Position numbers and translations under genes: made by a program. 64,000 nt of DNA from Candidatus Woesearchaeota archaeon (GTDB lineage Archaea > Nanobdellota > Nanobdellia > Woesearchaeales > JACPBV01): the NCBI GenBank assembly GCA_019322475.1, contig JAHWIN010000011.1:495-64494 (forward strand), read 5' to 3'. How positions within the stretch are numbered: the stretch's first letter is position 1; each line of letters begins with the position of its first letter. The notes under the pieces were generated by a model, which worked only from the letters and a program-made list of their open reading frames with translations, had not been told where the DNA came from and made no database searches. This document shows positions 57,328 to 64,000 of the stretch, in pieces.

Positions 57328-59544
57328 TTATATCCTATATCCAGAATCAGTTATCTCTTTTATCCTTTTTGCCTTTAAGGTTCCTATCTTTTCTACCTTC
57401 TTCAGCTCCTCTTCGCCGGCATTGACAACGCCCTTTACAGAGCCAAACTCCCTTAATAATGGCTTTGCTAATGTGGCCCCTACGCCTGGAAGGGCGCCTA
57501 TTATGTACTCCTGCCACTCGTTCAACGGCATCTCCCTTTTAGCGTTATGCATGCTGAAATCACTTCCCCCTTCCTCCTGCTCCCTTTTGGCTATTATCTT
57601 TAGGAATGCAGAGCTTTCCCTGCTGTTCTTGGTGAAGATTACAGGAACCCCATAGCTTACAGCTATTGTAGAGATCATGCCCCTTATAGAGTTGGGATGG
57701 ACATTCCTTATTGAATAGATATCCCCCTCGCCCTCTACCATGACCAAAGGCCTTTCAAAATTCTTTCGTAGCTCTTTAACCTGCTGGAGCAGCCTGCCGT
57801 CGATTATTGAATTGACAAAATCCTCTGAGGTCTTGAACTCTACCCCTATCCTGGATGAAAGCAGGTAATCAGCATTGTCCATCTTCTCAAGCTGTATCTT
57901 TGCACCAAGGTCTATGAGCTCTTTTATCACAGCAGACCCCTTCTCCCTGTGATCCACTATTATCTTTACTTTTTCATCAGGGGCAGAATATCTCTCAAGC
58001 GTGGGCTGCGAGCTTAATTTCACCCCCAGCTTTCTTTTTATCTGGTCAAGTGTCCTGTACATCCTCTTCTCCTTGTGGTGTGCAGACCACTTATATCCCA
58101 CATCCCTTGTTTCCAAAGCCATCAGTACTATAACTCTTCCGGATTCATGCCTGCCTGTCCTCCCCCTTCTTTGTATGGTCCTTATTGCAGAAGGGATAGG
58201 CTCATAGAATATGACCAAAGGGACCTTAGGTACGTCAAGGCCCTCCTCCCCTACAGATGTTGCCACAAGGACATTGAACTCCCCTTCCCTGAACTTATCT
58301 AATACATCTCTCTGCTCCTTCTGGCTTAATCCGGTTCCTTCTTTCTTGGTCTGTCCTACAAAAAGTTTCGCCTTGACCCCGGGAATTGTCCCTAGCTCAT
58401 TTACTATCCCTGCAGCATTGTCCCTGTATTGGTTAAAAACGATAAGCTTTAGGCTGTTATTTTCCTCTATCCCTTTCCTGATTATCCTCTTAAGCTCTGC
58501 AAGCTTGGGATGCATCACCTTTTCCTCAAAAAGCTTGTACAGCTTCGCCCTTGATATCCTGAAATTTATGTCGCTTACTATGTTCTTGACAGCCTTTGTC
58601 TTGCCGCTGGCTGCATCTTTTTGCAGTTTCTCAAGATAGCTGTGAAGCGCGCTTACACCCTGGGTTTCAAGAAGCTCGACAGCATGCTGTATCTTCATTA
58701 TCTCTGCCAATAAGGATATTGCCTTCCATACTACAAAATCCCTTTCTCCTGAAGCAGCCCTCCCCCTTAGCTGGGCCTGCAGCTTTAGAAGGTCTGTTTT
58801 GTTCACATACTTCAGCTCTATATCCTTCCTGTGAAGTATCCCCCATGCCTTTAGTTTTTCAACCCTTTCTTTTAGAAAAAGGGCAAGCTGCTTTTGGATA
58901 TCCTTGAACTCCTGTGGAAGCTTGACCTTTACCCAGTCTATCTTGATATCCTGCACATAAGGCTTTACATCAGGGTCATCATCAGTCCTTACCTCTATCT
59001 GCTCTATGCTCAGGTTTGTGCATATCTCTTCTATCTTCTCAATCTCAGTTCCGGGAGAAGCGGTCAATGCCAATATTCTTGGATATTTTGCCCTCTTTAC
59101 ATACTGCTTTGCCAGCCACACATAAGCGTAATCCCCGACAGCCCTGTGCGCCTCATCAACACCCAATAAGGAGACATCATCAAGCTTTATCCTCCCTGCT
59201 ATAACATCATTCTCAAGCCCCTGCGGCGTAGAGAATATTATCTTTGAGTTTTCCCATAGCTCAGCCCTTTTCTCAGGCTTGACATAGCCTGTAAAGACAG
59301 CCATCTTCTCTTCAGCGATTTCAAAATATTTCTTAAAGACCTCCAGGTACTGGTCTATAAGCGGCCTTGTCGGCCCTATAAAAAGAACCTTGCTCAAAGG
59401 ATATAATCTCATCCTATGTGCAGCAAGCATGAGGAATATGTTCGTCTTCCCCAGCCCTGTAGGAAGCACGACCAGGCTGTTCTTGGCTGCACAGCTGTTG
59501 AAGATGGTCTGCTGGTAAAGCCTGGGCTCAAAGTTTTTTATCAT
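57328..59544 (-). CDS. hef: Hef (helicase-associated fork-specific endonuclease; XPF/FANCM homologue)
   Basis: SF2 helicase 'PTGLGKT' and 'DEAHRA'. The C-terminal ERCC4 nuclease segment 'GVEFKTSEDFVNSIIDGRLLQQ' is followed by an HhH2 region. Confidence 0.8.
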   Translation of the reverse strand: MIKNFEPRLYQQTIFNSCAAKNSLVVLPTGLGKTNIFLMLAAHRMRLYPLSKVLFIGPTRPLIDQYLEVFKKYFEIAEEKMAVFTGYVKPEKRAELWENSKIIFSTPQGLENDVIAGRIKLDDVSLLGVDEAHRAVGDYAYVWLAKQYVKRAKYPRILALTASPGTEIEKIEEICTNLSIEQIEVRTDDDPDVKPYVQDIKIDWVKVKLPQEFKDIQKQLALFLKERVEKLKAWGILHRKDIELKYVNKTDLLKLQAQLRGRAASGERDFVVWKAISLLAEIMKIQHAVELLETQGVSALHSYLEKLQKDAASGKTKAVKNIVSDINFRISRAKLYKLFEEKVMHPKLAELKRIIRKGIEENNSLKLIVFNQYRDNAAGIVNELGTIPGVKAKLFVGQTKKEGTGLSQKEQRDVLDKFREGEFNVLVATSVGEEGLDVPKVPLVIFYEPIPSAIRTIQRRGRTGRHESGRVIVLMALETRDVGYKWSAHHKEKRMYRTLDQIKRKLGVKLSSQPTLERYSAPDEKVKIIVDHREKGSAVIKELIDLGAKIQLEKMDNADYLLSSRIGVEFKTSEDFVNSIIDGRLLQQVKELRKNFERPLVMVEGEGDIYSIRNVHPNSIRGMISTIAVSYGVPVIFTKNSRESSAFLKIIAKREQEEGGSDFSMHNAKREMPLNEWQEYIIGALPGVGATLAKPLLREFGSVKGVVNAGEEELKKVEKIGTLKAKRIKEITDSGYRI

Positions 59545-59605
59545 TCAAGCCAGAAGCAAGCTGCATTTCTTTATATATCTTTTTGATAAGTCTTTCCCTT
59601 CTCCC

Positions 59606-60163
59606 TTAATAATCATGCCCCGGAGCAAGTATCTTATATCCTATTTTCCCAATCTTCTCCAGGCTCCCTTCCATCTTTCCAGGGTCAGAAAAAGGAAAAT
59701 CAACCCTCCCAAACCCGTTGAAGAAAAGGGTGTCTCCGGAAAATAATACTTTTTCCTTCTCATAATAGATGCAGACGCTCCCTTTTGTATGCCCCGGCGT
59801 ATCTATTATCTTAAGGCCTGAAAAGTCCCTCAGCTCATTCAGCTTTGCCTTGAACTCCTCAGCAAGGACAGGGTCCCCTATAGCATACATCCTGTTCTTG
59901 TTAAGCAGGCTTATCTCTCCCTTAGAGGCATAAAACCTTGCATTGGGGAAAAGATCATAGTTCCCGATATGGTCATAATGAAGATGGGTAAACAATACCC
60001 TGTTGACATTCTCCAGGCCGACAGCATTTTTAAGTTCCCTCTCAACAAGATCCCTATAAGCCCTAGGCCCTGTATCTATTACGATCTTCTCCTTGAGGTC
60101 AAGAAAATAGACATTGCTGTCAACGTTCAGCTTCCATACCCTTGGGGCTATCTCTTCCATCAT
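59606..60163 (-). CDS. MBL-fold metallo-hydrolase
   Basis: 'FTHLHYDHIGN' matches the HxHxDH metallo-beta-lactamase motif. Confidence 0.7.
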   Translation of the reverse strand: MMEEIAPRVWKLNVDSNVYFLDLKEKIVIDTGPRAYRDLVERELKNAVGLENVNRVLFTHLHYDHIGNYDLFPNARFYASKGEISLLNKNRMYAIGDPVLAEEFKAKLNELRDFSGLKIIDTPGHTKGSVCIYYEKEKVLFSGDTLFFNGFGRVDFPFSDPGKMEGSLEKIGKIGYKILAPGHDY

Positions 60164-60252
60164 TAAAAAAGTTACCCTAAGCAGATATATAAATCTTTAG
60201 CCGCACAATCTCCAGATAGGGTATAGCTTGCTTAATAACCTAATGACCTTAT

Positions 60253-60582
60253 CTAAGGCCAGTTAAAATGCCCTTTTATAAAGCCCTGCTCATGTAGATA
60301 ATAGCTGAATATGGCGCCTAAGACAAACAGGACAGTGGTGGCCAGCCAGTTGCCATATCTGGACCCTAGAAGATACCCTATAAGGAACCCCAAGATTGTC
60401 AGGGCGTAAGGAAGCACCATAGTTTTTTTCCTGGCATATATCCATCTTCCTGCCATCATCCCGACAACAAAGATTATCATGTAGCTGAGCACAGCGCTTG
60501 GCGCCAGCAATGAGAATACGAACCCTGTAACAAGAAGTATAAAGGCTATGAACTCTACCCAGTTTCCCATATCCATTAACAT
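60253..60582 (-). CDS. small hypothetical membrane protein
   Basis: Three or four TM helices and no recognisable motif. Confidence 0.35.
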   Translation of the reverse strand: MLMDMGNWVEFIAFILLVTGFVFSLLAPSAVLSYMIIFVVGMMAGRWIYARKKTMVLPYALTILGFLIGYLLGSRYGNWLATTVLFVLGAIFSYYLHEQGFIKGHFNWP

Positions 60583-60585
60583 TTT

Positions 60586-61353
60586 TTATCTTTTGGGCCA
60601 GGGCCCGCTCCATGCTTTTCTTTCAAAAAATAGGTAATACAGCAGCCAGCATATTACCCCTATGGCTATCGAACCGAAAACAGCCATCAGCACATTTATG
60701 TCAAGAAGCAGCAATACTGCTGCAGCGATTACTACGCTGAAGATAAACGCATATGCCATCCTGCTTCCAAAATAAAGCCTGTTCCCGCTTAGAGGCGGTA
60801 TCGGGAGTATGTCATAGACAGCAAAGATAAGGCAGAACACGATCAGCTTTTCTATCAGTGCGCTATAAGCAAAAGCATTGACTATCTTGAAAAATGCGGC
60901 TATCGTTATAAGCGTAAATGTCCCTGCCACAGCAATCATCCCGTGCTGGAAATAGCCCAGCCCATACCTGAAGTGGCCTATCCTGTGTCCGGCAAGATGG
61001 TGTATCATGATGCCTCCTGGCAAAAGGACCCATACCCTGCCCCTGGATATGAAAGCAAAGACCAGCCCTATCAAAAGCCCGGTCATCCACATCTTATATT
61101 CAGTATTGTATCCTACGCTCCAGCCAGCCAGCTTCTGCACAAAGTTATATATGATGAGGACCAACGTAACTATCAGCGCAGCATTGAACCAGTTAAATAA
61201 TCCTGTGGCAAGGCTGAACCTCTCTTTGCCCCACTCATCAAAGGATATTATGAAAGAGATTATGGCTATGGATATGATAAATCCTCTTAGCTCGGCAGGG
61301 TTAAACTTGTAGTATCTCTTTATCTTCCCTCCCATATCGACTAAACGGCCCAT
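60586..61353 (-). CDS. polytopic membrane protein resembling a catalytically degenerate M50 site-2 protease
   Basis: 'ILPIPPLSGNRL' resembles the S2P 'LLPIPPLDGG' motif with the Asp replaced by Ser. 'HHLAGH' sits where the HExxH motif would be and lacks the Glu. Confidence 0.35.
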   Translation of the reverse strand: MGRLVDMGGKIKRYYKFNPAELRGFIISIAIISFIISFDEWGKERFSLATGLFNWFNAALIVTLVLIIYNFVQKLAGWSVGYNTEYKMWMTGLLIGLVFAFISRGRVWVLLPGGIMIHHLAGHRIGHFRYGLGYFQHGMIAVAGTFTLITIAAFFKIVNAFAYSALIEKLIVFCLIFAVYDILPIPPLSGNRLYFGSRMAYAFIFSVVIAAAVLLLLDINVLMAVFGSIAIGVICWLLYYLFFERKAWSGPWPKR

Positions 61354-61375
61354 CTTACACTATAACTAACCTCCT

Positions 61376-62113
61376 CTATATATAAATATTTTGGGTTTGG
61401 TGGTCCACGCTTATAGAATAACTCACATCAACCTTATTTATCCCCTTTTTGACCATATCTATAATTTCATCCTCATGCCCAGCCCCCATCACAGCCAGTA
61501 TTTTCTTATCCTCTTTCATCTTCATAAGCTTGACCAGCTTTTTAGCCATCACCTTATTCCTCTCCTCGATAAGCACCTTATAGATGTTAGGATACCTTTT
61601 CTTGACTTTCCCTACCAGCTTCTTTATTATCTTCTTGCTCGGCACAGTCCTCAGGTCAAACTCCACCTCCCTTTTCCTTAGGGCAACAGCCTTGAATACA
61701 TCCACTATAAAATTCCACTTCTCCTTCCATGTGATAGACTTTGAGAGCCTCCTTAAGGTGATCTCGATGTTCTGGTCTATCAGCGCCAGCTCTATCTTGT
61801 TTTTCCTGGCAAGCCTTACAGCCTGCTTCATCTCAGATCCTGGCATCACCCCTACATACTCCCCCAGTTTTTTTTCAGCCCACGCCCCTATCAGGGAAAA
61901 AAGAAAGCCTTTGAATCCGATCTTAAATATATTATAGAGCCTTACCTTCTCTTTTTTGGAGCTCATCAGTGCATAAAGCCTTTGTTTATCCAGCTCTAAG
62001 GCAATTACATCCGGCTTTTTCTTTTCTATAGCCTCCTTGACCTCGTCCAGGCTCTGTTTTGCTATATGCGAAGTCCCGATTATGCTTAGATTCCTGTATT
62101 CTTCCATAACCAA
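61376..62113 (-). CDS. TraB/PrgY/GumN-family protein
   Basis: 'LSIIGTSHIAKQSLDEVKEAIEKKKPDVIALELD' is the TraB-family N-terminal signature. Confidence 0.6.
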   Translation of the reverse strand: MVMEEYRNLSIIGTSHIAKQSLDEVKEAIEKKKPDVIALELDKQRLYALMSSKKEKVRLYNIFKIGFKGFLFSLIGAWAEKKLGEYVGVMPGSEMKQAVRLARKNKIELALIDQNIEITLRRLSKSITWKEKWNFIVDVFKAVALRKREVEFDLRTVPSKKIIKKLVGKVKKRYPNIYKVLIEERNKVMAKKLVKLMKMKEDKKILAVMGAGHEDEIIDMVKKGINKVDVSYSISVDHQTQNIYI

Positions 62114-62176
62114 AGAAAAATCGCTACATTTATATATCTAATGTTATACATCATCCTATGCCCGCTATTATAGTGG

Positions 62177-62515
62177 ATGGCGTGTGTATTTTGTTTGTAC
62201 GTTTGTATTGATTCAACAAGACTGGAGGGGATTTCAATGCTGAAGATGAAAAGGATTTCAGAAACATATGATATGAAGGTATTTACAGATACAGGGGATT
62301 ATTTCGGTGATATTGAAGAGTCTATACTTGCTACAAATAAGGTTTTCGGATGGAGGGTAAAGGCCACAAAGAACTCCTTTTTGACAAAGGTTCTTGGTTC
62401 AGCAAAAGGCGTTATAGTGCCTCACCAGTTGGTAAAGGCAATAGGTGACATCCTTATCATAAGCAAGGCAGCTGTTCCTTCTTATTCAGGTGAAGAGGGA
62501 GAAGCACATTCATGA
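62177..62515 (+). CDS. small PRC-barrel-like protein
   Basis: 'MKVFTDTGDYFGDIEESIL...GVIVPHQ' has beta-barrel-like periodicity. The true start is probably at the internal 'MLKMKR'. Confidence 0.35.
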   Translation: MACVFCLYVCIDSTRLEGISMLKMKRISETYDMKVFTDTGDYFGDIEESILATNKVFGWRVKATKNSFLTKVLGSAKGVIVPHQLVKAIGDILIISKAAVPSYSGEEGEAHS

Positions 62516-62516
62516 T

Positions 62517-62558
62517 TGATTGCTCAAACTGGATACCTGCCTCTCAGCTTGCTGCGGT
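62517..62558 (+). repeat. 42-nt conserved post-stop element, copy 2
   Basis: tgattgctcaaactgg-N11-cctctcagcttgctgcggt starts at the stop codon of the 62177..62515 ORF. It is near-identical to copy 1. Confidence 0.4.
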
Positions 62559-62663
62559 TTGAACTATCTCATCCTTAACAGCCTATCTTTATCTGTAGGG
62601 CATGTTTTCTTAGCCCTCCATTTTGCTAAAATATTTAAACTAACCCTTTCTACTTTACTGTAT

Positions 62664-62765
62664 ACGGCAGTGGTCTAGTGGCTATGATTCGAGCTTCCCA
62701 AGCTCGCTACCCGGGAGATTGCAGCCTTTCGCTGCAATCCGGGGATTCAAGTCCCGGCTGCCGTA
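62664..62765 (+). tRNA. intron-containing tRNA (anticodon arm reads CCC, i.e. Gly, with a ~28-nt insertion between the anticodon stem and T-arm)
   Basis: Acceptor ACGGCAG / CTGCCGT, extended to 10 bp by flanking TAT / ATA. D-loop AGTGG. Anticodon arm CGAGC-TTCCCAA-GCTCG. T-arm CCGGGG-ATTCAAG-TCCCGG. A 32-nt segment containing the GATTGCAGC / GCTGCAATC hairpin sits where a 4-5-nt variable loop is expected. Duplicated CCGGG at both junctions. Confidence 0.55.
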
Positions 62766-62841
62766 TACATCTTTTGATCTTGACAGGATAGGTTTTTTCA
62801 AATAGCAAATTTTATAAACAATAAGGATAAAATCAAATCCT

Positions 62842-63423
62842 ATGGCATGGACATTTTTGCACGAACTTAAGAGGAAAGCTATCCACGTTACTATACTTCT
62901 TATCATACTCCTTTATTCCCTCTTGGAAAAAAATATCTCTAAGCAGATGTCTCTATTTGTGCTTGTTTTTATCCTTTTGTTCATCCTTCTTATGGAGTAT
63001 ATAAGGCTTGAGCTTAATATAGAGATTCCTGTACTGCAGCAGATAATCAGGGCAAAGGAAGAAAGAAGGATGCATGGAGCTACATACTTCCTTTCAGCCA
63101 CCATAATCTCTCTGGCGGTCTTTGACTTCAGGATAGCGCTGGCAGCCCTTCTTATGGCTGTTTTTGGAGATATGTTTGCAGCGATAATAGGCCATAGGTT
63201 TGGGAAGACCCTGCTCTTTAAGAATAAGACGCTAAGCGGCTGCTTGGCAGAACTGGTCATAAACCTTATCGTAGGCCTGATAGTCCTGAACAACATCTAT
63301 ATAATAACCTCCATGGCATTTACAGCTACGATTGTAGAATCATTCGTCAGTGAGCTTGACGACAACCTCTTTGTCCCCTTGTTTGCAGGTTTTGTAGGGC
63401 AGCTATTGTTCTTCTTGATATGA
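62842..63423 (+). CDS. CTP-dependent polyprenol (dolichol) kinase-family membrane protein
   Basis: 'LKRKAIHV' and 'FGDMFAAIIGHRFGK' match the DolK/phytol-kinase GDxxAxxxGxxxG motif. Five or six TM helices. Confidence 0.5.
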   Translation: MAWTFLHELKRKAIHVTILLIILLYSLLEKNISKQMSLFVLVFILLFILLMEYIRLELNIEIPVLQQIIRAKEERRMHGATYFLSATIISLAVFDFRIALAALLMAVFGDMFAAIIGHRFGKTLLFKNKTLSGCLAELVINLIVGLIVLNNIYIITSMAFTATIVESFVSELDDNLFVPLFAGFVGQLLFFLI

Positions 63424-63533
63424 AATTTTTACACAAGGCAGCAGGTGTTACAAAATCTGGTTGGCCATAGGCCTTTGTGCAAACTTTGAGCCCCTTTGCC
63501 TTGTTCTGTAATGCTGATTAAGATAAAAAGCCC

Positions 63534-63998
63534 TTATTTAAATCTATCCCTTATTTGCTCTTCAGTCATCTGCTCAACCATCTCAAACATGGAATTGAGG
63601 CCTTTCTCCAGGGCCCCTCTTTCACATATGTTATTATGGGTATAGGGATATACTATCCACCTCTTGTCCGTCTTGGAGAATGGGTTTACAAAATATACCC
63701 CTAATCTTTTAAATCTTGCAAGCTTGTCCCAATTCTTCAATAAGGCATCAAGGTTGGCCCTTGTATTGAAAACAGCCAGGCCAAAATAACCATCTTCATC
63801 AAACTTGGTTATCATCTCATCGATATCCTTGATTATGGGCTTGACGATAAAGAATTGCTCTTTATCCTTGTATTTTACATGCACATCAAACCCGCCCTTT
63901 CCTTTTTCTATAAGCTCTATCTTCCCTGTAAAAGAGTCCCTGTTCTTTAGGAAGTTGATTATCCACTCGGTTAGGTGCTCCTTAGCCGTATCCTTCAT
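63534..63998 (-). CDS. hypothetical protein
   Basis: 154-aa soluble ORF with no recognisable motif. Confidence 0.3.
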   Translation of the reverse strand: MKDTAKEHLTEWIINFLKNRDSFTGKIELIEKGKGGFDVHVKYKDKEQFFIVKPIIKDIDEMITKFDEDGYFGLAVFNTRANLDALLKNWDKLARFKRLGVYFVNPFSKTDKRWIVYPYTHNNICERGALEKGLNSMFEMVEQMTEEQIRDRFK

Positions 63999-64000
63999 GC

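Noticed and set aside
1-64000. CRISPR array or cas genes
   Set aside because: No regularly spaced direct repeats of 24-40 nt with unique spacers were seen. No Cas-like ORFs (no Cas1, Cas2, HD or RAMP motifs).

Overview
This AT-rich window looks archaeal, probably a DPANN-type lineage. Everything below is inferred by eye from the translations and sequence; no searches were run. The evidence for an archaeal origin is a long universal ribosomal-protein operon on the minus strand (uL3 to uL15 then SecY, including the archaeal/eukaryote-specific eL19, eL32, eS4 and aSUI1), the extra r-proteins eL14 and eL34 plus a DUF106 (Oxa1/YidC-like) insertase, RadA and RadB, an RPA-like protein, aMBF1, Hef, and a single-polypeptide PriS-PriL primase. 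The main content, in order, is: (1) 0.9-5.8 kb, a surface glycosylation/polysaccharide cluster: a processive GT2 with QxxRW, a second GT2, an ArnT/PMT-like membrane glycosyltransferase and a membrane-anchored CPDC thioredoxin-like protein. (2) 6.7-18.5 kb, an acyl-CoA/lipid island: acyl-CoA carboxylase carboxyltransferase, BCCP and biotin carboxylase subunits, BirA, a hotdog thioesterase, acyl-CoA dehydrogenase, EtfAB, then two PlsC-type acyltransferases and GpsA. That last trio is a bacterial-type sn-glycerol-3-phosphate ester-lipid module, which is unexpected in an archaeon. (3) 24.8-36.5 kb, about 13 minus-strand genes whose products carry N-terminal class-III (type IV pilin-like) signal peptides. 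Several are large and cysteine-rich, and no assembly ATPase or platform protein is present in the window, so this is a candidate novel pilus/adhesin surface system. (4) DNA-repair genes near the 3' end: UvrD-like helicase, Hef, MBL hydrolase. (5) Non-coding items: a tRNA with a roughly 28-nt insertion outside the anticodon loop, a ~227-bp element bounded by ~45-nt inverted repeats, a 42-nt motif found twice just after stop codons, and several palindromes.
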